From Moniliella sp. 'wahieum' (lineage: Eukaryota): a stretch of DNA of 64,000 nucleotides. This document shows, piece after piece, positions 39,560 to 52,300 of this stretch. The stretch covers positions 682,001-746,000 of the forward strand of contig RSEE01000022.1 of the NCBI GenBank assembly GCA_003971905.1, given 5' to 3'. The stretch's first letter is position 1. The number at the start of each line of letters is the position of its first letter. Position numbers and translations under genes: made by a program. The notes beneath the pieces were generated by a model. It was not told where the DNA came from and made no database searches. It worked only from the letters and a program-made list of their open reading frames with translations.

Positions 39560-41247
39560 TTTGATGTGTACAGTCAATTCACGCTCCACAAATCTCAGCT
39601 CGATCGATCCCTGGGAATCCGACCCCTGGTGGAGAAGCGACCACACAGCTGCATCCCTTTTAGGCGAACTGCATGCCCCCGCCCACCACCTTTCCTGCCA
39701 TCATCTTTCTCTTGAACCAGTACTGCCACTCTACAATGCCTCCCTCCCGCACCGTCAGGACGTCCCAGGCATCTCGCACCAACAACACCGCTCGCCGCCG
39801 AGGGGCACACGACGTATCAACCCTGAGCCGGAGCCCGTGGTGGAGACTGTCGAAGGCGACGAACCGTCCCCTGAAGAACCACCTGGTGGCACCAGTGGGC
39901 TCAACAGCGATTCCGACGGCGACTCCGACGGCGGAGAGGGAAAAGAGGATACGGACCGAGAGTTACGTTGTAGTCCCCCCCCCCTGGTTCCCGTGTTGGT
40001 TCGTGAAATGATTATGCGGGGTCAATTAAACCAGCAGACGACGACGATGTGAACAACGAAGAAGTTGCGCTGGATCTTGACGCTGACACCTTGTTCCCCC
40101 GCACAATGGACGCTGACGAAGAGAACTCCGTTAACCAGGACGAATTTGCTAGCATTCCCTCTCCGATCTGGCCCTTTCGCCGGGGAATTGGATCCATAGT
40201 TCATCGATCCGCTCGTTACAAGGGCAACATGGATCACTCAGCGAGGGAATTCTATGCGATATATCAAGACTCTTCGGGTGCTCTTTTTTGTCAAACAATG
40301 CGAAGCAGGAATCGTTGGCTAGGGGCTTTACCATGTCTCCAACCCACACGCCGGTATTTCGAACGCTTGCTGGAGCACAAAAAGGTCAGGACCATCACAG
40401 CTCTCGCCGCACACTCCAGGATTACTTTGTGCTATACTGACTCGCCACTGACAGAAATGGTACAAATGGCTCGCGGTATGGGTTTGTCTGCATCCCTAGA
40501 GCAGGATCGGCAACAATAAGGATTTAGGCTTGGTTTTCCGTCCGCGAGCGGCTTGTTCCCCGCGAGGCCTGGAAGAGTTCACTTTTGACGGACAACTCCT
40601 GGCCCATATCGGTGGTGTGACAAAAAGTTTGTCCAAATTCTGTTGACGGTGTTCCTGAAGCCGACTTGCATGGTCGACCCTGCGTCGTCGCAATTTCGAT
40701 TTGGCGGTACGTTTTATGTGCTTACACTGGTCATGACCTTGCTACCCCCTAACCTAACCCATTGCTTTGGAGAAGGTGGTCACAGGAGAGATGGTGGATG
40801 TGGGGTCCTGGGTGCTGAGGGGGCATCAAGTTTGAAGCGCAACGTTTAAGGCAGCGATGGCGGAAGTTGATGTGTGGCCGCAGGCCAGCCAATGGACACC
40901 CTAACCCACCCCAAAATGCATTTGATCGAACTTAGGATTAAACAAGTGCGAATTGCTTGGATATATACCCTTGGCGCAAACACGAGGTTAAGCTAAGTAC
41001 TTCTATTATAGCGAGATTTGGATACTGGCCAAACGAGGTACAGATTATGGCCGTGCTTTTAAACCATTTTTTCCGGGAACTTGGTTTATCCCATACCCAC
41101 CCCGCAGCCGTGATTGAAACGGCAACCCAGCAAGACCACACCTTGGTCGTAATATATGGAAGGAAGCTGTCCAAACGAAAGCGGAAGAACCGGCCAAGCA
41201 GAAAAGGAATTGATAACCTCAGTCCCTGCGCTCCAGGCTCAAGCTAG
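39560..41247 (+). other. Possible orphan, frameshifted or intron-containing gene (acidic disordered N-terminal part, then ORFs 40049-40519 and 40957-41247)
   Basis: Chain of same-strand, protein-like ORFs; no recognisable family. Confidence 0.3.
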
Positions 41248-41720
41248 CGCCACTCTTTTTGTGGAGCAGTGGCGTGTATAAAGCCTGGGTGGCGAGAGCG
41301 AGAGACGGACGCCGATTTGCCAAGACAACAAAACGTGGGGCCGCGTGTGGTTGAGACAACGTCGATCATGCGGCAACGCACGGCGGCAGCCATCGCTGCT
41401 TTCTCCATTTCATTTCCGCTGGCTGTGCGGGGCACTGCCTGGGGCGGCTGAAATGTTGCAAGCCCCGCAGGGGGCCACTGTCTCCGTCGCCGGGTGGCCC
41501 GCGGACGATTCCACATGCCACGCCCGGTGGCCAACCCTAACCGCCGCTCCCCGAGCGCTGAGCTAAGCGCAGCCGGAGCTGAGCAGCGCAGCCACCCCGC
41601 CCGGCTGCCGCGGCCACCACCACCTGTGCCGAACTGCTTCCCCTGCGCGCCTCGGCGACGATGTCCGCCACCCGTCGCGTGTCGTCGCGCTGGGCGCACC
41701 TAGTGCGCTCCGCTTCATGC

Positions 41721-43874
41721 ATGCCAGCCCTGCTCTCCTTCGCCCTTGTTCTCGCTGCCGCGCCCGCACCCGCCGCCGCCGCCCCTGTCCCGATGGTTGA
41801 AGACCCCGGCGAGACGCTGATCATTGTGCTCCCGTTGCTGATCCTGCTGGCAACGATGATGTGTGTATTGGTGCTCTTTGCGATCCTAGTCCTTATATTG
41901 CGTCGCAACGCCCGCATTGCCCTTTCGGATCTTCGCATGCCTGCCGACATTTTGCGCGATGAGGACGAGGCCGGTCCGCGCGCACTGCAGGAGAGGCAAG
42001 AGGCTTATCTTTCCTCCCTCGACGACGCTTCGCGCCGTGGCTTCTTGCGTAGCCAAGCCTGGGCTCGCACTCATCCGATTGGCAGCGTTCCTACCGACAT
42101 TACGCTCGGCCAGCTGCTGAGCATCCAAGAAAAGGGCGTAGCCGCCTGGTCTTTTGAGCCCGACTACGAGGCCAACCCACCTCTGTACGTCGAGGGTCGT
42201 ACAGAAATCACATTTCTATCCGATGGAGATGGTCTTGCTCCTCAAGAAGGCGGTGCCGTGTGTGTACAGAGCAACCTGCCAATCCCGAAGCTCAACGAAG
42301 TGTACTACTTTGAGGTCAAGATGTTCAACAAGCCCGATTCAACCAACGTTGCCATTGGGCTGACGACCAAGCCGTACCCGAGCTTCCGTTTGCCTGGTAA
42401 GCGACCTACTCTCCTTCGCAACAGTAAAGACACTAACTTGACTTTTGTATGCAAAGGCCTGCTCAAGTACTCGATTGGCTACTATAGTCTAGATGGCACC
42501 AAGTGTCACAACCAGCCTTGGTCTGAGGAGCCATACAGTGTTCCTTACCGACAGGGGGATGTAATCGGTCTTGGCTATCGTCCTCGGCTGGGAGTGTCTT
42601 TTTTACCCGCAACGGCAAGCGTTTGAAGATGCGTTTGTGGGACTTAATCGACACAACTTCTTCCCCACTGTCGCCGCTGATGGGCCAGCTGAGGTGCATG
42701 TCAATCTGGGACAAGCCGGGTTCGTCTTTATCGAAGCAAATGTGAAAAAGTGGGGTTTGGCTCCCATGGTGGGTAACTTGCCTCCTCCTCCGGCCTACGG
42801 CGTGGACGGAGGTAGTGTCCTCATCCAAACCGCCGATGATGCTGAGGCTAGCAGAACAGCTGGACCGGCAGATGCGGAACTGCTACAGTCTCTCCCGCCT
42901 CCTCCCCCCATTTCACCTTTACTTGGCGCTGTGGAGGCGCTTCATGCCCCGTTGGAGGGAACCGCCCACCTTTTGCGCCCAGGAGTTAGCCAGGCTGGAC
43001 CCAGTCGGGTTCCGATGCTGGACGAGGCGGAAGGGGGTGACGACAGTATGTCTATCTCCTCGGATCCGTCTTACTATGCTTTACCCACGCCACGGGAACA
43101 TGGCATGGACATTTCTCTCCACTCGCTTTTGCCTCCCTCGGGCCCAAGTGACGGAGAGCAACGTACTCCACCCCCACCACCGCATGGTGTTACAAGTCAT
43201 ACCACCACCCATGCCGCGCCGAGAGATTACTTCTCCCGTCCAACTTCACCGCCACCCTATTCTCCTTTTGCCAATGACCGCCGTCCTCCGTCTGGATGGG
43301 GCTCTCTCTTGAGTTGGATACGTCCAAGGACCGGAGGAAGCGAGGAGGCACCTTTAACTGGGGCTGGTTCCCTCCGCTTCCCTGCTGATCGTGCACAAAT
43401 TATGCATCCTTCTGGGTCCGACACTAGCGGCGCGGGCCAAGTCAGCACTGCGTCTCGGGTGCCCCCACGGTCGCACACCTTGGCTGCGGCCTTGGTCAAC
43501 TCACTCGAGCAGAGCGGACTATTTGTCCCCCTCCACCAGGCTCCGCACCTACAGCCCATCGCCCTCGCGTTGAGCCCCCACCACTGTGCCCCACGGGTAC
43601 CCGCCCACCTGGTCCCAGCCCAGCCACTCGACGACCTTCATCCATTGCGGTGTCCTCTCCTGCTTCGGTAACCTCACCTCACCCACCCCCGCTTGAAGAA
43701 AGGGCCGAATCCAATCATGGTCTAGGGTCTGATTCGGACTCGAGCAACCTTCTCGCACAGCAGGAGGAGGGGACGCAATCATCTCACATGGACCCACCAC
43801 CTTCCTCTTCCAGCGACCTCACACCTACAATCTTGGTTCATGCGCCGTCGTCCGGGCCGTTGGGCTCGCCCTAG
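41721..43874 (+). CDS. SSH4: Ssh4/Ear1-like SPRY-domain single-pass membrane protein (Rsp5 adaptor); intron 42397-42456
   Basis: Signal-like N-terminus and TM segment IIVLPLLILL..., TDITLGQLLSIQEKGVAAWSFEPD, VQSNLPIPKLNEVYYFEVKMF, TKPYPSFRLPG, VNLGQAGFVFIEANVKKWGLAP, PPPAY and PPPY motifs. Confidence 0.92.
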
Positions 43875-44070
43875 CAACCCCATCTGGTCTGATCGAACTT
43901 TCTTTCGTACTTTGCCCTGTCCCGTTTTCCTTGGTTGTGTTGCATGCACGGACTTCTCTATTGGTTTACGTGGTTGTGACGTAGCTCTGAAAGTTCTGTG
44001 GCTCACTCGTGACAGTCATGGGTCATGCACGAATCGATGTAGTTGATTCAAGTTGGAGACGACTAACAGG

Positions 44071-44506
44071 TGTTGTGAATAAGTGTGTATAGAGTACTAC
44101 TAGTAGGATCTCAATCGTTAAAGGTTGAGGGTTTCTCAGAAGTCCGCACTTAGGTTCGATGTCGGTAGCAAAAATCTGCTGTTTCGTTCATAGCCTGAGC
44201 ATCACCGTAAGTTTCCGATCGACTCTGCAAGTGGCCTGGCGAACTGATGGATCCTCAAAAAAGGACACAAGAAGGCATCAGGCAGAGAACAGAAGCAAAG
44301 GGAAGGGAGAGCGAGAGACACAGGATGCAGAATTGGAAATTGGAGCGAGCTTAGTCATTCGGTGACACCACACCTACTAATTTAACTAACCGTCATCACG
44401 CTTGGTTGGCCTGCAGAGCACAGCACAGTTCTACTGTTCGCCATGTGCAGAGCAGGCGGGCCTTCGCTTGGATCGGACCATCTCGTGTCCACCGCAGCCC
44501 GTAACA
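44071..44506. mobile_element. Solo LTR, 436 bp, with 4-bp TSD CAGG
   Basis: TGTTG...GTAACA termini; CAGG at 44067-44070 and 44507-44510; end homologous to 32490-32618. Confidence 0.75.
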
Positions 44507-45505
44507 CAGGGAGGACGGGCAAGTAAACATACGAGGCAAACGAAGGCCAGGGTGTGAAGAACTCTCTGCGTGCGTGCGAGGCTCTGTCGCTGAATCGAGG
44601 GCAATGACGGGAAGAATGAAGTCGGTATAAGTGACCAGTGGAGAGACTGCATCGCCACCACACGTCTGGTACCAGCATTGACAGTATTAGTACCCTGGCC
44701 GAAAAACAAATGGAAGCCCGGCTAAGCCTTCTCCGGCCTCAATGGTTGGATCGTCTGTGGGCTACCTCATCGATGCATATGCCGATTTATCGTAGTGAAT
44801 GAGAAGTGGCGGAAGCCTGGGCAAAGCCAGCACCCACACCTTTCGATATTGAGAGGGATGCGTTGAGTGGGCCAAAACTGGTCCCAATTGCAAGAAGTGC
44901 TGCATTTGGGAGGTCATTGTCAAGTCAAGTGGGAAGCGGATGGTTGGTGGTAGCAGTATAGTCGTTTCCACCTGCAATTCAAAAACAGGGGCTCTGCGAG
45001 GTGCGAATATATAGCCGAGCCAGAGAAGAGGCGCCCGCTGACCCTCTCACAGCACAGGCGGAGTGGGGATATATAAATATCCATTCCGAGGATGCCCAGC
45101 TGCGGCGCAAGACCAGTGGTGCAGCTGGAAAGTTGCCTGTCTCAGGCTCAGCGCTAAGGGACGATCGGTAGGGCAGGTAATGTGCAGACCCATGAAGTGC
45201 ATGAAGCGAAGCTCGACCGTCGCGGGTTTTGTTGTCCCGGACGTGAATATATGAATCTCTTCTCGATTAGTCTTGAGAGAGGCCTGGGAGTTTTTGCCGA
45301 CTTCCCATCCGTATACTCCTCGGTCACATCTCAATCACTCCCTGCTCCCATAGTACCTATGTCAACCAACCTCTCTAAGCCAAGCTTTCACTGCGATACA
45401 CGCAATCGACTGTGATTTCGCCGCCATTCAACGGTGTCATTTATTGGCGGGAACGTATATAGATTGGTTGTAACCGTAAATTTAGAGCCTTCAGGTGTTG
45501 TGACA

Positions 45506-45605
45506 GTTCGGGTTAGCTCAGATGGGAGAGCGTGAGATTGAAGTCTTCTTCATAACAGATCCTTCGGATTCCTCAAGGTCCCCGGTTCGATCCCGGGACA
45601 CGACA
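45506..45605 (+). tRNA. tRNA-Phe(GAA) with ~25-nt intron
   Basis: A box TAGCTCAGATGGGAGAGC, anticodon GAA at 45540-45542, B box GGTTCGATCC, T-run terminator right after; acceptor and anticodon stems slightly imperfect. Confidence 0.8.
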
Positions 45606-45797
45606 CTTTTTTTCACTTTTTGCCATTCCCAACGCAAATGACCAAAAATCGCCTTTCAATCTTTTTCAAGTCTTCAATGGAAACGGCAGGTGGGTGAGAA
45701 GCTCAACAAACAAAGCATTTATCGTGTCGCTGGTAATGTTGGCGGATGATTTTACAAATGCAATGGGTCCACAAACACAGGTTAGTTGGGAAAAAAA

Positions 45798-45887
45798 TGC
45801 TTCCAAGGGGAATCGAACCCTGTCACATCGACGTCGTTTAGGCACGGGGCCAGTCTGGCAACGTGTATACCACTAACCCATGAAAGC
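45798..45887 (-). tRNA. tRNA-Gly(GCC) with ~23-nt intron
   Basis: GCTTTCA/TGGAAGC acceptor stem, TAGTGGTA D-loop, CGTTGCCA anticodon loop, GGTTCGATTCCC T-arm, oligo-T terminator; a few bases appear missing from the D/anticodon stems. Confidence 0.75.
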
Positions 45888-46254
45888 GCTGTATCGTTCG
45901 CTGCGGAGTTGTTTAATTTAACCCTAGAGGTGGTGGTTGTCTTGTTTCTTCGTATGTGAAAGCTAAACTATGGCCTGTATTGGAATAGCGAACAGGAAAC
46001 ATTAGGAAGAGGTCTAGAGTGATTGTTGGGTACAAGAAGCCATCCTGACACAACCACGTCCGCCGTGCCACTCTTTCATCGACGTTCACCTGGTTCTCTA
46101 TCGTGCCGAGGGCCAGAGAATGGACATTTACCCCACCTGCAATTATGGCCAAAAGGGTTGCACCGATTGCCCGAGCTTCTGTGGCAATTCTTTTCGCAAG
46201 CTCGTCGAAGCTCTCAGCCTCGGCCACGCCAACGACCAGCCCAGCGCCGCCCGG

Positions 46255-48597
46255 ATGATGCGGATCGTGAGTGCCCGCGCACTTGCGCTGCCCCTCGCGT
46301 GTCCCTCTGCGCGCCAGCGAGTGCCCGAAGACTCCATGTGTACCCTGCATGTCTGAACCGGCGATGCGCCCTAGGCCCATGGGCAACGCCTGCCGCGGAA
46401 AGCCAGCTCGACCTCGGTACCGTCGCCGCTACTGTGGTGGCCTCCCTCGCACGGGAAGACTGACTGTTGCGTCTGCCGTTCCTTCTGATGCGATACCCTC
46501 ACACGATGGGTTTCGGTGCCTACCCATCGACAGGGGCCTCGTCGAGAACCTGGTTCGGCAACTTACTGCCCGCAATGCCCTTCGTCTCGATACCAACAAT
46601 AGCACTGAACCGTTGAAGCCCTCCTCCGTGCAGCGTGCTGCCTACCGACACTTTTTTACCGAGCGTGAATCGTTCAGGCATCGCAAGAGCCTTCCTTGGG
46701 CGTCTCTGTTCCGCCGCGAACCTGGCTTTCTCTCCCCATGCTCCGGGCACGTCGACCCTGATTGGGGGCGAAAACCGGCGGGGGCAAAACACTTGCGTAT
46801 TTGCTTCCCTTGCTGCAACGATTGTTGGCAACGCCGATTGATTCTGAGAAGAGTACGGAGGTGCTCCAAACGGGCGATCGGGGGATGGAGATGGAGAGGA
46901 AGAGGAAGGTGAAGAGGAATGGACCGAGGAAGAAATGGCCTCGTTTGACCCTACGTCCGGCGAAGAGGACATGGGGATCTTGTCGGGTGGTCGGATGAGG
47001 AAGTGGAAGACTTGGAAGCGTTTATGAAGGCCAAGGCCAAGGCCCAGTTCATTCCCAAAGCCAGCGATGTCAGGGGGGGATTCGAATCCGATTCGGAGGC
47101 TGCGATGCGCGAACGAGAGGCGGTCGCATTGAAAGAGGAGTTAAATGCGTGGAATCCCAAGACCAAGAAAGAGCCTGACTTTGTTGTTTTGCCGCGGAGC
47201 GTCATCCTTGCCCCGACGCATGAACTGGCGCGGCAAATCGAGGCCAACGTCAAATCCTTAGCACGGAAGGTGCCGCTCCGTACTCTCTGTACCAGCCGAG
47301 CCAAGTGGATCGAAACGCTGAGGAAGGACGTGCGAAAGATGAAGGAGGGAAATGGGGCGAGGTGCGGCCAGTGGATGTGCTGGTCAGCACCCCGGCCGGC
47401 TACTGGACTTGGTCACTTCGCCAACCGAGAGCCGAGAAGTTCAAGGCACTCCATGAAAAGCATACCCGCTCCCTCGATGTGCTGGCAGCCGAGCAACTTG
47501 AGAAGCAGTACGAAAAGGCACGAAAGAATCAACTTATCTCCCTTGATGGAGTAAAGGCATTTGTGTGTGATGAGGCGGACACGTTGTGGGACGTGTACCA
47601 CTACGAGAGCACACGTCAACTTGTCCGGATGGTGTACGATGACCGTATTCAAGCCTGGCGAGAAGGGGGGGACTTTCTACCCCTCGCTCCGGCCGATGTC
47701 ATTCATGTTACGGCATCGGTCACACCGCCTTTAAGAAACAGCTGACCAACCGGTTCCCAGCGACGGTCAATGTGTTGTCCAACTTCCTTCACCAGCTGCC
47801 CTCCACGGTGCGGGTTAAGTATGTTCCTACCCTACCCACCTTCAACGATGCGTTTGTCAACCAAGTGGCGGAGGCACTCGATTCCGATCCTACTGGCCGG
47901 TCCAAAGTCCTGGTCGTAACAGAAAAACGCGAGTCGGTCCAGTGGGCGGCCAAAGTGCTCGACCGGGTCAAGATTCCGTATGTAACCTAAATTGCCCTTG
48001 GTGTGATTCGAGCCAAACTAACGTTCGAGTGCAGGAACTGTTCTTTGGTGAGCGAGTCGCGCGAATACAGTATCACCAGCAACGAGGATATGGCCGGGTT
48101 TGTTCTCGATCCGCGGCGGATGACGCTGGATGGCGAAACAGGTTCCGACGCGGGTGCTATGAAACGGAAATCTTCTCCCCTGCTCCCAAAAGAAGAAGAA
48201 GGAAGAACCTCGTGTTCTCATCACCACTTCTCACCTAACTCGAGGCATTGACTTTTCGCCTTTGGTGACCCACGTGATTGTGCCCGACTCGAAGCCCAAG
48301 GCATTGGCCAAAATTGTGCCGACCATGTCGGAGCGACATGTGACGGACACGATGGAGCTCTTGCACCGTGCTGGCCGGGTGGGACGGGCGGGTGAGGGCC
48401 ACATTGGTGTTGCTGGACAAGGTGGATGTTGAGACTGGCCAACCGTTGATCAGCAAGCAAGATCGCGCCCGTGGTACCTCCTCGGTCCGGTTCCAGAAAG
48501 GTACGTACTATCCGGCCGACCAAGCTGAGCGATTGGGAGAAAAAGGTGCACCGGCCTCAAAAAGACTGGACAAGCTACAAGAGACGAAAGTGATGTG
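46255..48597 (+). CDS. DEAD-box RNA helicase, MRH4-like (probably mitochondrial); heavily frameshifted
   Basis: TGGGKTLAYLLP (motif I), ILAPTHELARQI (Ia), DVLVSTP (Ib), VCDEAD (II), RGIDF (V), LHR.GRVGRAG (VI); start approximate. Confidence 0.8.
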
Positions 48598-48799
48598 AAC
48601 GCATTGCATCGGGTTGGTTCTTCCCTCCGTACTTGCTTGCATACACACGCACACACACTTGTTATGTACACTACTTCAACACCACATTGGACCATCTATA
48701 TCTTGTTTTGGCAGGCTCCACGGAGCCCATGCTGGTGTTAGAGTAGAAGGAGGGAAAGTATAAACAGTATGGGTACACTATAATAAAACAAGAGTCCGT

Positions 48800-49332
48800 A
48801 GTCCTTACAGTAAGAGGTTGTAAGTCTTGGTCCGAGAAGTCGGGAGCTAGGACCTTGGAGGGGGGGTGGATCAGGATGATCAGTTACTGCATGGGGGCTC
48901 GAAACCCCGAGCCGACAGGGGAGGGAGGAGGCAACGTGCGTCCAGATGCGGAGGCTTCCATTCGCTGGGTGCATCTGGCCACCATGGGTCCAGCCAGGCG
49001 GAAATTGAGTCGGCCAGCCCGGCCATTGGCTGCCCACCCGAGGAGGGCGTGTGATGGACTTGATTGCGGGCGAGTGCGGGGGGTGGAGAGGAGAGGATGC
49101 GTTTCTTGAGGGGGGAGACGCGGACGCGGAGCCGGTGCGCTGTGAAAGGAGCCGACGGAGGAGGCAGAAGAGACTGTTGTAGTGGGAGAGGAGGCCGATG
49201 AGGCCTCGGAAGCAGAGGGAGTGGGGGGGGGTCGCAAGCCATCGGTGGAAGGTGGACGAGACGCGGCGGACTCAGAGCCCGAAAGGCAGCAGGCGGCTGG
49301 GGCGGTTTGCGGCTGAGCTCAGTCCAGCCCAT
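48800..49332 (-). CDS. Hypothetical small Pro/Ser-rich protein
   Basis: MGWTELSRKPP...SSASSPTTTVSS...GLADSISAWLDPWWPD across frames; long motif-rich region upstream; no family recognised. Confidence 0.3.
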
Positions 49333-52300
49333 TGCAGGGGGGGAGGAGAGGTGATGTTCGTGCTGGGTGCCACTGCACAGAAAGCCACGGCGCTCGCAGG
49401 AAAAGCAGCGGTAGGTGGTGGATGCGCCTCGGCTGGAGTACACTGGATGGGCCCGAGGTGGGTTATTGTCGACCGTGGGGGCGAGGGGCAGGTCGCAGGG
49501 GGCGTGTTGGCGCAGCAAGGAGGCGGTCTGGTGTGTGCGCTGCATGATGCCAGCGCTCGGGCGGTGGTGGTTGGGAGGCAGAAGTGGCTAGGGGCCTACG
49601 AGCAGTACAGATGAATGGCGGACGGAAGCGGGGATGAGAGGGCCCAAGGGCGCGGCAGCGAGAGGTGCGATATGGTCTGGATAACCCACAGCTGACAGAT
49701 CACGGTGATCGGACGGGTGAGGGTGTGGCGGTCGCTTCGGCTTCGTGGGCGCTGCGCAGCACGGGGAGCAGTGTACGCTCGGAAAGGCGCGATGGGGAAC
49801 CGGCAATGGCCAGTGGCCAGCTGAGTGTGGCGGGGGCGGGGGCGTGCAACCGGCACGCGGTGACTACGGGACTTGCGGGCAAGTGTCGCTCTTGGCCGGA
49901 CGGAGGTGTCGAGGCCGGAGAGGGGCAGGGGTGCGCTGCGGATGGATGACTGGCTCATCGATCATCGATCATGTGTATTGCCGACGGGCGGGCCAGCGCT
50001 AAAAGGAAATCTTCCGGAGCTGGGTTTTGGTGGTTCAGCTTCGGCGCTGAGCCGCCCAGGTGAGCGCTGAGAAGTTCAACGCATTCAGCAGGCTGCGTTC
50101 GCTCTCGCTCTACTCCGCTGCCAGCCCGGTGAATTCACCGGTGCCCCGTGGTTCGGAGCAGCGGGGAGCGCGGGAGAGCAGGGGAGAGCGGCCCCTCCGA
50201 CTCGGTGGAATCTGGGATGTGACGCTGACGCCCAGGCCAAGATTACGATTCTGGCCACTGGCCAGCCACTTGGAGCTTGGCTAGCCACTAGCAGCTGGCT
50301 TTTTATGCACCGACAACGGCTCAACGGGTCGTCAATCGCCGATGCCCGAATTAATGACCGATGACGGTCATCGTCATCCGACATCCAGTCATCGAGTCAT
50401 CAGGCTTCAAGCAACAAGCTTCAAGTCTTCGGTTTTCAGCAAGCAATCTGTCACGATTGCACGGTAATCGAGAACCGATCTAGGCCTAATCATTCATCAA
50501 CGACCCTTGATTGCATCAGTCAGCTACCCAGCACCGAGCGACCAACAGCAACCGGCCTCCCCCACAGGTGTGTGTTCCAATTTCGGTCGCCATCCCCTCC
50601 GACATGGCACGCGGAGCCCCGTGGCGCGTGGCGGGGCCTGGCTGGCCCCAGTTTGGCCGTCTGCGTGACCTTGTGTGGCCAGGCCTTGCGCACGGCCCAG
50701 GCACACACACACGGCTCAGGAGGGTAACCGGTAAGCTGTAAGAAAGCTTTGATATGCCAGGTGTCAGATGTCAGAAACCAGCCTGAGGCCTGGGCCTGAT
50801 GGTTCCCTTTGGGGCCGCGCACACGACGCTCAAAACGCCAAGCGCTCTCAGGGTATAGTCAGTACAGTCACTAGTCACTAGTCAGTACTCAGTACGCTCA
50901 CTGCTCCAGTCTGCTCCAGTACTTCTCTGGTGGTGTGGGGGAACTCCGTGGACTTGCTTCGAGTTGCTACGTGCTCTTTTACTTCCCTACAAACAACGGG
51001 ATGCAATGGTGCCCCAGATCTGAGCGATGATCGTTGATCGATGATTCATTATCTCTATGCTCGATGGTCAACAAAATCTCAGTGTCAGCTGCATCTCGCG
51101 TATCATAATGATAACTCAGTCCTCAGGCGCCTCATCAGCCTGCCTCACAAGCCCCCAGACCCCAGGCCTCAGGGGGGACTCCAGGGGTACTCAGGCTTGA
51201 GGACGGACTCAGTTATAAAGCTTTGACAAGTCGTTGTGTCACATGTAATAGCTAGCAACCCGCGCCGGTGATCGGGACAACAGGTCACTTCGGCCCGCTT
51301 GCGGCCTCCCGCTTCCGTATCGATATCTTCCGGGTTGTATAATAAGAAGTAACATGTAAGCCAACTGACCTGCCCACCCCCGGCAGTCCCATCAGAGATC
51401 CCACCCTTCTCAGATCCCCCCCTTCTCAGACTCATATCTCACCGGTCACCGCGCTAAGCCCGTCGGGCCATTTCACCTTCGCTAGCTCAGAAGGGGGCCA
51501 GACCTTATTAGACCTTAGACCTTAGGATGGCCACGTGTAACTCATCAGTATATGCTTCAGTACAGTAAAGTATGCCAGGAAACCCCTATCACATATCACA
51601 TGGGACGCCGTTTTCTATACTGAGTTTTGGTCGCTACTATACTGCGCATCGTACCATGCATACCGCGTAACACACAACGGGCTGTTAGTTGGTGGGCATT
51701 TTGGTGACGGACCCATACAGCGCAAGAATGCGGCACAGCTGAGCGCTGGTATGTGCATGAGCACCCTCCAGACCGTCGCTACGCGTTACGTGTTACGCGT
51801 TACGTCCGTCGCCACAAAAGATGGGAACAGAGCGGGTCTGGAGTACGCGTTCTCCGTCTGTGGTCCGCAAGTATTTTGATTACCGGTATAGTGTTCCCGG
51901 GACACACCCGCACTGCCCTGCCCCTCCTTCTGTCATGCATCATGGGCGGGCGGCGACCTGGAACCCCATCCCGGGTGTAGGGGTACTTTCCCCTGAAGGA
52001 GAGGGTCCCCCTCACGGTTTACCGAGCTTGAAGCTTGAATGCTATTGGCGGATCCGAACGAACAGAGCCTAGAGACGAGAGGTGACCGGTGAGGCGTCAC
52101 GATTGGGGCGTCGGCTGGGGTGGCAAGGCAAAGTAAGGCTGTACGTGTTAAGGAGGGAGAGAAGAAGATGGAGACGATAACAGAGTGGGTACGTGGGCTG
52201 GCCAAGTGACCATATGGTCTGTACGAGATCACCATAATCAGACAGTGTATATGCACCGGAACGAGCAGGGCTATAGCCCGCATGTAGACGCAGAATCTTG

